This document shows positions 16,391 to 24,363 of a DNA stretch of 32,000 bases, piece after piece. Both the position numbers and the translations under genes were made by a program. Source of the DNA: Tissierellales bacterium (GTDB lineage Bacteria; Bacillota; Clostridia; Tissierellales; Tissierellaceae); contig JACIXZ010000001.1 in assembly GCA_014360205.1 (NCBI GenBank), positions 58,137 to 90,136 of the forward strand. Direction: 5' to 3'. The notes beneath the pieces are model-generated. The model had not been told where the DNA came from. It ran no database searches and saw only the letters and a program-made list of their open reading frames with translations. The stretch's first letter is position 1; each line of letters begins with the position of its first letter.

Positions 16391-17557
16391 ATGATAAAAC
16401 TAATTAGGAACGGGATAGTATATGCTCCATCATACATTGGAAAGAAAGACATATTGATTGCTGATGACAAGATAATTGATTTAAGGGACAATATATCTTT
16501 GGAAGGACTTGAGTATGAGTTAATAGATGCTAAGGGAAAATTCGTAGTTCCTGGGCTTATTGATAGCCACGTACATGTATGTGGCGGTGGCGGAGAAGGT
16601 GGATACAAGACAAGAACTCCAGAAATCACTCTTACGGATATAACTACAGCAGGGGTTACCACAGTTGTTGGAGTCCTAGGTACAGATGGAACATCAAGAA
16701 CAATGTCAAATTTATTAGCTAAAGTTTATGCTTTAAATGAAGAAGGAATTACAGCATATGCTTACACTGGATCATATCAAGTGCCAGTAAGAACTGTAAC
16801 AGGAAGCATTACTGATGATTTGATATTGATAGAAAGAATAATAGGGACTGGTGAAATAGCTATATCAGACCATAGATCTTCTTGTCCAAGTGTAGAAGAA
16901 CTTATTAGGCTTACATCAGATACTAGAGTTGGCGGGATGCTATCAGGTAAAGCTGGAGTAATAAACTTACATTTAGGAGATAGCAAGAATCCACTAAAGA
17001 TAATTTATGATCTACTTGACAAATCTGATATACCAATAACTCAGTTTTTACCGACTCATATGAGTAGAAATGAATGGATTTTGGAAGAAGCAATTGAGTA
17101 TGCAAGGCATGGAGGATATGTCGACTTTACAACAAGCACAACTAAAAAGTTCATAGAAGAAGGAGAAATATCATCAAGCAAAGCAGTAAGAAAAATGATT
17201 GACCATGGAATAGACATATCGCAAATAACAATTTCGTCAGATGGACAGGGAAGTCTACCTTCATTTGACAAAGAAGGAAATCTTGTTGGGCTAATGATTG
17301 GGAAAGTCTCCTCAATTTTGCAATGTATAAAAAATATGTATTTTGAAGAGAGGATAGATTTCGAAAGCTGCTTAAAGGTAGCCACAGAGAACCCTGCTCA
17401 AATATTGAAATTAAAGAACAAAGGGCAAATTAAAAAAGGTTTTGATGCTGATATATTGATTTTGAGTAAAGAAACTTTAGATTTGGATACATTAATCTCA
17501 AAAGGGCAAATCATGATAAAGCAAAAGGAAATTAAAATCAAAGGAACTTTTGAATAA
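16391..17557 (+). CDS. iadA: Isoaspartyl (beta-aspartyl) dipeptidase
   Basis: Collinear with E. coli IadA as I remember it: PGLIDSHVHVCGGGGEGGYKTRTPE, GVTTVVGVLGTDG.SR, LLAK..ALNEEGI, AISDHRSS.P, RVGGMLSGKAG, LPTH..RN, SSDGQGS.P.FD.EGNL, and the identical C-terminal KGTFE. The RBS is AGGAGG. Confidence 0.92.
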   Translation: MIKLIRNGIVYAPSYIGKKDILIADDKIIDLRDNISLEGLEYELIDAKGKFVVPGLIDSHVHVCGGGGEGGYKTRTPEITLTDITTAGVTTVVGVLGTDGTSRTMSNLLAKVYALNEEGITAYAYTGSYQVPVRTVTGSITDDLILIERIIGTGEIAISDHRSSCPSVEELIRLTSDTRVGGMLSGKAGVINLHLGDSKNPLKIIYDLLDKSDIPITQFLPTHMSRNEWILEEAIEYARHGGYVDFTTSTTKKFIEEGEISSSKAVRKMIDHGIDISQITISSDGQGSLPSFDKEGNLVGLMIGKVSSILQCIKNMYFEERIDFESCLKVATENPAQILKLKNKGQIKKGFDADILILSKETLDLDTLISKGQIMIKQKEIKIKGTFE

Positions 17558-17581
17558 ATACTATGAAATTTCATAGTATTT
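17556..17581 (+). terminator. Hairpin after iadA (probable terminator)
   Basis: AAATACTATGAA / TTCATAGTATTT perfect palindrome starting in the stop codon, followed by the moderately T-rich ATTATTATTT. Confidence 0.5.
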
Positions 17582-17700
17582 ATTATTATTTAAAGCAAAT
17601 AAATTTGTAAAATTGGATTTAGATTTATAAGAGCAAATTTTATACATTTGTGTTTATTTTTGGGAATATGGGTAATATAAATTCAAAAGGGGGAATAATA

Positions 17701-18552
17701 ATGACAGTAAAAGTTGTAATAGACAGTATTTGCTCACCTTCTTTGAATTTGGTGAGAGAGCACAATATTCCTATAGTACCTATAAATATTCATGTAGGTG
17801 AGGATATATTTGAAGATGTGATTGATGTTGATGCACAAGAACTTTATGAAAAATTAGAAAAGGATGAAGTTAAAATAACAACATCAGCACCATCTTATGA
17901 AAGATTTTATCAAGAGTTCAAAACGGCAATTGAATCTTATGACCATTGCTTATGTATGACAGTAGCATCTTCGGTTAGCAACACTTACTCGTTAGCTATG
18001 AAGGCGAGAGAGGAGTTTAATGAAAAGGATAGAGATCGTATAATTATATTTGACACCAATACTGCAGGACCAGCCTCTAGTTTATTAGTGATGGAAGCTA
18101 TAAAAATGGCTGAAAATCAGGAAGATATTGACCAAATATTAAATGTTTTAAATGAATTAAGGCCGAACGCAAAATTTTCCCTTATATTATCTACATTGAA
18201 ATATGTTCAAAGAAGTGGAAGAATTGGCAAAGTAGCCTCAGTAGCTGGTGATTTATTCAATATAAAGCCACTAGTATATTTAAAAAATGGTGAAATTAAA
18301 TTTTTTGGTAGAGCAAGAGGAATGAATCAAGGGTACAAAATGATGATAGAAGAGCTAAAAAAAGATACAGAGGGCAAAGATATGTTAAGGGTAGCGATAT
18401 CTCACTCAAATGTAGAGGATGAGGCGTTAAAGCTTAAAAGCATGATAGAAGAAGTCTACCCTGATTTAAGCATTGACATCTCTCCTCTAACACTTGCTAT
18501 TGGACTACATGTAGGGCCAGGAGTTGTTTCGATAGGTTATACTTATAAATAG
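17701..18552 (+). CDS. DegV family fatty-acid-binding protein (FakB-like)
   Basis: ATG at 17701 follows AAAGGGGG. VKVVIDSICS, TTSAPS, ASSVSNTYSLA and LKYVQRSGRIGKV match DegV hallmarks. The track start at 17650 has no RBS. Confidence 0.85.
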   Translation: MTVKVVIDSICSPSLNLVREHNIPIVPINIHVGEDIFEDVIDVDAQELYEKLEKDEVKITTSAPSYERFYQEFKTAIESYDHCLCMTVASSVSNTYSLAMKAREEFNEKDRDRIIIFDTNTAGPASSLLVMEAIKMAENQEDIDQILNVLNELRPNAKFSLILSTLKYVQRSGRIGKVASVAGDLFNIKPLVYLKNGEIKFFGRARGMNQGYKMMIEELKKDTEGKDMLRVAISHSNVEDEALKLKSMIEEVYPDLSIDISPLTLAIGLHVGPGVVSIGYTYK

Positions 18553-18553
18553 C

Positions 18554-20068
18554 TTATTCAATAGTTACTATTATTGGATTTTCGCTACCTGAAAATATAG
18601 TATATATATTGTCAATATCTGGATATTTATCATTAATCCTCTTTAATAGTATATTAATTTCATCTTTAGTTAGATCATAACCATAATATATTGTTAAACT
18701 GTCACCTTTTTGAGGATTTAATTTTTCAATTGCTTCCATGGCTAGATCTAAATAATCTTTTACATCGTTTGTGCTAACTTCTTTAACAATTTGTTCATTT
18801 ATTATTAAATGGCAAACATCTTCTGTATGATTTAGTCTAGCATAATTTGTATAACTTGATAATCTTTCGATTTCTGATTTTGAAGGTAAATCTTCAGAAT
18901 ACATTGAAATAAGTACCGACAAAATTTGAACTTCATTTAATATATAGATGGGGCTAGGTGAATTCAATTGAATTTTTTCTGTAGATAAAATCAAAGTATT
19001 TGAGTTAATATACTCATTTATAATATTTTTCTTTTTATTAGTAAGTTCTTTATCCATTGCGGCATCTGCACCAGACATTGCATACATTGCGATTAGACCA
19101 GGGCTAGAACCAAAAGCTAATATGTGGTATTTTCTCGATTTCATTTCATCTTGAGAATAATCTGCATATTGGCTTTGCATATCTCTTATGATAATATTTT
19201 CTATTTTTGATATTTTATAAACCTCTTCAATTACTCTAAGAGGATTAGATGTGTGTATGTGAACATAAATGCCAGATGAACTATCTCTGGTTATTAGTTC
19301 ATCACCTAAGGTTGATAAAGAAGCTCTGAGAGTTGGTTCTATTTTTTTCTCTTGAGCAGCTACTTTGAACTCCATATCATAAGGGTTTTCGAAATCGAAA
19401 CTATCATCATATACAAAGTAATTTTTTTCTAAATCTATGGTTATATCATCATTAACATCTAACCCTATGGCTTTTGCAAGAGATGAAAAAAACAAATATA
19501 GTCCCCAAGCCCCAGCATCAAAAGCATCTTTGTTTTTTAATACCGAAAGTATGTCCTTTGTTTTTAGAAGGGATTTTTTAGATTCAAAAAACAAATCATT
19601 AATAAATTCATCAAGTGTTGTTTTGTCCGATACTTCTGCTTTTTCAGCTACTTCTCTAGCAACAGTGAGTATCGTGCCTTCTTTAGGATTCATTAAGGAA
19701 TTATATGAAGATTCATAAGCGGTTTTGAAAGCTTTAGATAATAAATTTAAATCTGCTTTATCGTGTCCTTCAAAGGTTTCACTTAATCCTCTGAAATATT
19801 CGGATATAATAGCCCCAGAATTGCCAGTGGAACCTGATCTAGCACCTAAAAAAATTGCTTTAGATATATCATCGAGTTTATCTGAATCTATATTAATCAA
19901 ATTTTCATAAGCCGACTCAACAGTTGCTAAAAGATTATTTCCGGTATCTCCATCAGGAACAGGATAAAGGTTTATCTTATTTAAATTGTCTTTTTTCTCC
20001 TTAAGTTCTTTAAGATAAATGGAGATAGTGTCTTTATAAATTTTACCGGTAAAATATGAATTTTTCAT
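18554..20068 (-). CDS. DAK2/DhaL-domain protein of the YloV/FakA (fatty acid kinase) type
   Basis: The N-terminal DhaL-like domain has LYPVPDGDTGNNL and GARSGSTGNSGAIISEYFRG. A central VHIHT motif and a C-terminal DegV-like half follow the YloV layout. The RBS is GAGGAGG. Confidence 0.8.
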   Translation of the reverse strand: MKNSYFTGKIYKDTISIYLKELKEKKDNLNKINLYPVPDGDTGNNLLATVESAYENLINIDSDKLDDISKAIFLGARSGSTGNSGAIISEYFRGLSETFEGHDKADLNLLSKAFKTAYESSYNSLMNPKEGTILTVAREVAEKAEVSDKTTLDEFINDLFFESKKSLLKTKDILSVLKNKDAFDAGAWGLYLFFSSLAKAIGLDVNDDITIDLEKNYFVYDDSFDFENPYDMEFKVAAQEKKIEPTLRASLSTLGDELITRDSSSGIYVHIHTSNPLRVIEEVYKISKIENIIIRDMQSQYADYSQDEMKSRKYHILAFGSSPGLIAMYAMSGADAAMDKELTNKKKNIINEYINSNTLILSTEKIQLNSPSPIYILNEVQILSVLISMYSEDLPSKSEIERLSSYTNYARLNHTEDVCHLIINEQIVKEVSTNDVKDYLDLAMEAIEKLNPQKGDSLTIYYGYDLTKDEINILLKRINDKYPDIDNIYTIFSGSENPIIVTIE

Positions 20069-20157
20069 TTTTTCCTCCTCATAATGTAGTAATCAATACT
20101 TATAATATACCAGAAAAAAAGATAATTAATCAGAAAAATGAAAGAGAGGTTTGATAA

Positions 20158-20727
20158 ATGAATATACTTATTTTAATACTAGCTTATTTATTAGGCTCTA
20201 TTCCAACTGCATTCATTATAGGTAAAATATTTGAGAAAAAAGATATCACAGAACTTGGTAGTGGAAACGTAGGTACGATTAATGCGATTAAGAATTTTGG
20301 CATTATACCAGGTGTTTTGACATTTTTATTTGATGCGTCAAAAGCGGTATTAGCAGTTTCAATAGCAAAAAATTACAGCAGATATGATATATTACCATAT
20401 TTTGCATCGTTTCTTGTTATTTTAGGGCATAATTTTAGCATTTTTCTGAAATTCAAAGGAGGAAAAGGATTAGCATGCCTAGTTGGTATATTACTGATAA
20501 TTTCTCCTGTTACAATAATATATCTATTTGGGTTTATTGGTATTTTGACTCTTGCTTTCGGGAAAAAAGCAAATGCAGCAACTGGAATTGGAATTTTTAT
20601 CCTGCCAATTATATTATATTATCAAAATGCACCATTAGAAGGAGTCATTACTAGTTTCTTAATTTCTTTGCTTGTTATGTATAAGAATTTAGATTATATA
20701 AAAGCTTTTCTAAATAAAGAATCTTAA
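20158..20727 (+). CDS. plsY: Glycerol-3-phosphate acyltransferase PlsY (acyl-phosphate dependent)
   Basis: LLGSIPTAFIIGK, GSGNVGTINA, LGHNFSIFLKFKGGKGLA are the PlsY motifs. Product is 189 aa with 5-6 TM segments. Confidence 0.9.
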   Translation: MNILILILAYLLGSIPTAFIIGKIFEKKDITELGSGNVGTINAIKNFGIIPGVLTFLFDASKAVLAVSIAKNYSRYDILPYFASFLVILGHNFSIFLKFKGGKGLACLVGILLIISPVTIIYLFGFIGILTLAFGKKANAATGIGIFILPIILYYQNAPLEGVITSFLISLLVMYKNLDYIKAFLNKES

Positions 20728-20748
20728 TATTAGGAGAGGGATAAAATC

Positions 20749-21963
20749 ATGGAAAAACAATCCAAATATTCACCTGCTGTAACAGTAATAATATTATTTG
20801 GGGTTATTAGTTTACTAGGAGATGCAGTATATGAAGGAGCTAGAAGTGCAAACAGCCAGTACTTTAATTTGTTAAATATAAGTGCTACTCAAGTAGGGAT
20901 AGTTTTCGGAATTGGAGAATTTATAGGTTATGCTTTAAGGTTAATAGCTGGAATTTTCTCAGACAAGACAAGGCGATATTGGCTATTTATGTTTTTGGGA
21001 TATGGAATGCTAATAGCAGTTCCTTTAATGGGATTTACCATGAATTGGAATATATTAATAGTATTGATTTTAATGGAAAGAATTGGGAAAGCAATAAGAA
21101 ATCCATCTAAAGACACAATAGTTTCAGCAGTTGCTCAAAATCAAGTTGGAGTTGGCTTCGCATTTGGGCTTCAAGAAGCCTTAGATCAAATAGGTGCTTT
21201 AGTTGGACCATTGATATTTACACTGGTGTTTTTAGTAGCAGGAGAAAATGAGATATCACAATACCAATTAGGCTATAAAACACTATTTATTCCATTTATA
21301 TTGCTAATGGGTTTTCTAATATTTTCATACAACAAGATAAAAAAAGAAAATTTGATAAAAGAAGTTCATGTAAATGACTTTATTGAAGAACAATTACAAC
21401 CTACTTTTTGGATATATACTGCTTTTACTTTTTTTGCAACTTTAGGATTTTTGAATTTCAGCATTATTGGATATCATTTAAAAGATACAGGAATATTTAG
21501 CGATGGAAACATAACTTTACTATATGGGATAGCAATGGGAATAGATGCATTAACTGCTCTTTTATTTGGCAAGATTTATGATAATTTGAAATCAAAAACA
21601 GGAATAAAGACATCAGGACTTTTAACATTACTTGCAATACCTTTTTTATCAGTAATATTACCAATATTTGCATTGACTGATTCAAAAGTGCTAGTAATCA
21701 TAGGAATGGTAGTTTTTGGTATTATAATGGGAGTCCACGAAACAATTATGAGATCAGCTATTGCGGATATAACACCATTTAATAAAAGAGGAACAGGCTA
21801 TGGAGTGTTTAATGCAGCATATGGTTTAGCATTATTAGGAGGATCTTCACTAATGGGATTCTTATATGACAAGGGATCAATAAGCACTATAGCATTTATT
21901 GTTGCTTTATTTGAAATAATTGCACTTATGCTTTATTATAAGATGAATAAGATGATTAAATAG
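20749..21963 (+). CDS. MFS transporter, substrate unknown
   Basis: 404 aa with about 12 TM segments in two halves joined by a charged central loop (NKIKKENLIKEVH). The RBS is AGGAGAGGG. Confidence 0.8.
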   Translation: MEKQSKYSPAVTVIILFGVISLLGDAVYEGARSANSQYFNLLNISATQVGIVFGIGEFIGYALRLIAGIFSDKTRRYWLFMFLGYGMLIAVPLMGFTMNWNILIVLILMERIGKAIRNPSKDTIVSAVAQNQVGVGFAFGLQEALDQIGALVGPLIFTLVFLVAGENEISQYQLGYKTLFIPFILLMGFLIFSYNKIKKENLIKEVHVNDFIEEQLQPTFWIYTAFTFFATLGFLNFSIIGYHLKDTGIFSDGNITLLYGIAMGIDALTALLFGKIYDNLKSKTGIKTSGLLTLLAIPFLSVILPIFALTDSKVLVIIGMVVFGIIMGVHETIMRSAIADITPFNKRGTGYGVFNAAYGLALLGGSSLMGFLYDKGSISTIAFIVALFEIIALMLYYKMNKMIK

Positions 21964-22161
21964 GTGAATTGCATAGTTATTAAAACGCAAAAAAAGAAAA
22001 ACATAAAATTTGATTAGTGTATAATAATAAGACAATATAATTTATAAATACATTTTTATGAAAGATAACGATAAAGTCTTTTTGGTTGCTTGTGATTAAA
22101 GCACGTTCGCAATAAGCACAAATTAGAACTAAATGAGAAGTTACTTGTTCATTTGAGTTAT

Positions 22162-22240
22162 AACAATGGCCAACATTTCTATTTAAATTTGATGTATGTA
22201 AATTTAAATTATTAGATATAATGAGGCCATTGTTTTTTTT
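22162..22240 (+). terminator. Orphan compound hairpin plus T8, about 200 nt downstream of the MFS stop
   Basis: Outer stem AACAATGGCC (22162-22171) / GGCCATTGTT (22225-22234), inner all-AT stem ATTTAAATTT (22181-22190) / AAATTTAAAT (22200-22209), then a T run to 22240. Confidence 0.5.
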
Positions 22241-22273
22241 AAATACCTAACGAGTCAATAATATAAATCATTC

Positions 22274-22290
22274 TTAGAATACCATTCTAA
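22274..22290 (-). terminator. Short hairpin immediately after the stop of the 114-aa gene
   Basis: TTAGAAT-ACC-ATTCTAA perfect 7-bp stem adjacent to the stop at 22292-22294. The T tract is weak on the minus strand. Confidence 0.3.
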
Positions 22291-22291
22291 T

Positions 22292-22636
22292 CTATTTTTT
22301 ATTAAACTTCAGATAAATTGAAACATATATAATAAGCATAGTGGCAAATACAATATATTTTATATAATTATTTATATTTTCCATAAGCAAAACTGATATA
22401 TATACACCTGCCATGATAACTATTAATAAAATCAATGTAGGTCTTAAACTTGGCCAATCTTTAACCCTATTAAAATACTTGTATCTTATTAGAACAAGTA
22501 AAAATCCCCAAACAATAGTAGAGACTAATGCAATAATATCATAATGATGAATTAAAGAAATAGATATAAATATTATGTACACAATATTTATAATAAAGTT
22601 TATTACAGTAAATTTGTTTTTATTATTAATTTTCAT
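22292..22636 (-). CDS. Hypothetical small membrane protein (114 aa)
   Basis: An ORF with 3-4 hydrophobic segments and a basic loop (RYKYFNRVKDWPSLR). A GAAGG-type RBS lies close to the ATG. No family recognised. Confidence 0.5.
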   Translation of the reverse strand: MKINNKNKFTVINFIINIVYIIFISISLIHHYDIIALVSTIVWGFLLVLIRYKYFNRVKDWPSLRPTLILLIVIMAGVYISVLLMENINNYIKYIVFATMLIIYVSIYLKFNKK

Positions 22637-22886
22637 CTGCCTTCACTCACATAAATTAAATTTGACATAAAACCACCATAAACTTGATATTGTAGTGCTC
22701 TAGATATGTTACTAATTTTCCGCCAATATTGCTTGGCACAGGAATATATTCTAATCTTTCAATGCTTCATCTGTTATGTCATTTGAAAATGAGATGCTGA
22801 TGAAAATGCCATAAAAACCATTAATAAGCTTAGTGTGATAATAAAAATTTATTTTGATTTTAATATAAACATCATGATGTCCTTAC

Positions 22887-22925
22887 ATATAATCTAATTA
22901 TATTTCGAATATAACTAGATTATAT
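22887..22925. repeat. Near-perfect 18-bp-arm inverted repeat
   Basis: ATATAATCTAATTATATT-tcg-AATATAACTAGATTATAT, with 17 of 18 positions complementary. It ends about 47 nt upstream of the -35 of the riboswitch promoter. Confidence 0.6.
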
Positions 22926-22972
22926 CAATAAACTAATGTTAATACAAATATTTATAACCATAATAATTAGTA

Positions 22973-23004
22973 TTGACAATCAGATGACAAAGATATATTA
23001 TAAT
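22973..23004 (+). promoter_or_regulatory. Sigma-A promoter of the FMN riboswitch-ribU unit
   Basis: A perfect TTGACA at 22973-22978. With a 17-nt spacer the -10 reads TATTAT (22996-23001), and a TATAAT lies at 22999-23004. Confidence 0.6.
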
Positions 23005-23012
23005 AGCAGAGT

Positions 23013-23118
23013 ATCTTCAGGGCGAGGTGCAATTCCTCACCGGTGGTAAAGCCCACGAGCCGAAAGGTTGATCTGGTGAAATTCCAGAGCCGACAGTATA
23101 GTCTGGATGAAAGAAGAT
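23013..23118 (+). promoter_or_regulatory. FMN riboswitch (RFN element) aptamer
   Basis: ATCTTCAGGGCGAGGTGCAATTCCTCACCGGTGGTAAAGCCCACGAGCC...GGTGAAATTCCAGAGCCGACAGTATAGTCTGGATGAAAGAAGAT carries the invariant RFN blocks (GGGC.GGGTG.AATTCC..ACCGG.GGT, AGCCC.CGAGC, GGTGAAATTCC...GCCGACAGT.TAGTCTGGATG..AGAAG) and a P1 closing helix ATCTTC/GAAGAT. Confidence 0.93.
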
Positions 23119-23130
23119 TTTATTCGATTT

Positions 23131-23161
23131 GTGCCCCGAAGATTGCTTCGGGGATTTTTTA
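23131..23161 (+). terminator. Riboswitch expression-platform terminator
   Basis: CCCCGAAG (23134-23141) / CTTCGGGG (23147-23154) followed by ATTTTTT. The GAAGATT in its 5' arm and loop repeats the 3' strand of P1, which fits an antiterminator switch. Confidence 0.85.
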
Positions 23162-23195
23162 TTCCCGAAGTAATTTTAAATTATGGAGGGATTTT

Positions 23196-23804
23196 ATGTA
23201 CACTTTAAGCAAAGACATGTGGAAAACAGAGACTTTGACAAAGCTTGCAGTATTGGGAGTATTAGCATTTGTATTAATGCTTTTTGAATTTCCTTTAGTA
23301 TGGCTTGCACCACCATTTTTAAAACTTGATATTTCTGATTTGCCCGCATTACTAGGTTCTTTTGCACTAGGACCCATGGCTGGAGTAATTGTACAACTCT
23401 TAAAGAATTTACTTTTTATAACAATAAGAGGTTCAGCTTCTTCTGGAGTTGGTGAGTTGGCTAATTTTATAGTTGGTAGTGTATTTGCATATACTGCAGG
23501 AGCTATTTATTTCAAGAAGAAGACTATGAATAGAGCTGTTTTAGGGCTAGTATCTGGTACTTTAATGATGACTTTAATTATTACATTTGCGAACTACTTC
23601 TTTTTATTCCCAATGTATGCCAGAGTATATGGACTTTCAATAGAGACTTTAGTTGAAATGGGAACAGCTATTAATTCTAATATAGTTGATTTAAAAACAA
23701 TGATGGTTTATGCTATAGTTCCTTTCAATTTATTGAAAGGGATACTAGTAAGTGCAATAACAATACTTGTTTATAAGCGACTCTCCCCAATATTGCATAA
23801 ATAA
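23196..23804 (+). CDS. ribU: Riboflavin transporter RibU (ECF S component)
   Basis: ATG at 23196 follows TGGAGGG. TKLAVLGVLAFVLMLFEFPL...PFLKLDISDLPALLGSFALGP..G matches RibU/YpaA, and the FMN riboswitch lies directly upstream. The track start at 23043 translates the riboswitch and is rejected. Confidence 0.9.
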   Translation: MYTLSKDMWKTETLTKLAVLGVLAFVLMLFEFPLVWLAPPFLKLDISDLPALLGSFALGPMAGVIVQLLKNLLFITIRGSASSGVGELANFIVGSVFAYTAGAIYFKKKTMNRAVLGLVSGTLMMTLIITFANYFFLFPMYARVYGLSIETLVEMGTAINSNIVDLKTMMVYAIVPFNLLKGILVSAITILVYKRLSPILHK

Positions 23805-23807
23805 GAG

Positions 23808-23840
23808 AAAAAGTCAGTGCCTTAAGGCACTGACTTTTTA
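23808..23840 (+). terminator. Intrinsic terminator after ribU
   Basis: AAAAGTCAGTGCC-TTAA-GGCACTGACTTTT, a 13-bp stem ending in a T run. Confidence 0.85.
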
Positions 23841-23851
23841 ATGAACTTTGT

Positions 23852-23880
23852 TTGAAGAATAATTTATATTTTGCTATAAT
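23852..23880 (+). promoter_or_regulatory. Sigma-A promoter of the tsaE operon (TTGAAG-N17-TATAAT)
   Basis: TTGAAG at 23852-23857 and TATAAT at 23875-23880 with a 17-nt spacer. Confidence 0.6.
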
Positions 23881-23910
23881 TAGATGACAATATTTTATGG
23901 AGATAAAAAA

Positions 23911-24363
23911 ATGGAGATAGTTTTTAAAAATTTAAATGAAGTTGAAAAATTTGGTGAAAAACTTGGTTCATTATTAAATGAAGGGGACATAATCTGTCTT
24001 AATGGTGATTTAGGGGCAGGAAAGACTACTCTAACTCAAGCAATAGGAAGAGGCCTTAAAGTGAAAGACTATATTACAAGTCCAACTTTCACAATAATAA
24101 ATGAATATGAGGGAAAATTACCATTATATCATTTCGACATCTATAGACTCGATAATGAAGAAGATTTAAGTTTATTAGGTGCTGAAGATTATTTTTATTC
24201 ATATGGAGTATGTGTAATTGAATGGGCTGATAATGCAAGGAATATACTGCCAAAGGAAAGATTGGACATTTGGATTTATATAGAAGATGAAAACATAAGG
24301 AAGTATGATTTAATTCCTCATGGAAAAAGGTACATTAAATTACTGGAGGAGCTACTTAAATGA
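23911..24363 (+). CDS. tsaE: tRNA t6A37 biosynthesis ATPase TsaE
   Basis: ATG at 23911 lies 8 nt after GGAG. GDLGAGKTTLTQ, SPTFTI.NEY, LYHFDIYRL and IEWA are YjeE/TsaE motifs. Confidence 0.9.
   Translation: MEIVFKNLNEVEKFGEKLGSLLNEGDIICLNGDLGAGKTTLTQAIGRGLKVKDYITSPTFTIINEYEGKLPLYHFDIYRLDNEEDLSLLGAEDYFYSYGVCVIEWADNARNILPKERLDIWIYIEDENIRKYDLIPHGKRYIKLLEELLK

Noticed and set aside
22058-22099. A 13-codon mini-ORF (MKDNDKVFLVACD) in the non-coding region after the MFS gene, considered as a leader peptide or small protein.
   Set aside because: There is no Shine-Dalgarno sequence upstream and no downstream plus-strand gene for it to regulate. It is too short to support from sequence alone.
22734-22750. 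TGGCAC hexamer (22734-22739) that looked like a second sigma-54 -24 box.
   Set aside because: The position five nt downstream reads TATAT instead of TTGC, so there is no GC dinucleotide at -12. No suitable gene lies downstream on that strand before the ribU promoter.
23043-23195. The track's N-terminal extension of the ribU ORF (MVKPTSRKVDLVKFQSRQYS...).
   Set aside because: This stretch is the FMN riboswitch aptamer and its terminator. The real start is the ATG at 23196, which has a TGGAGGG RBS.
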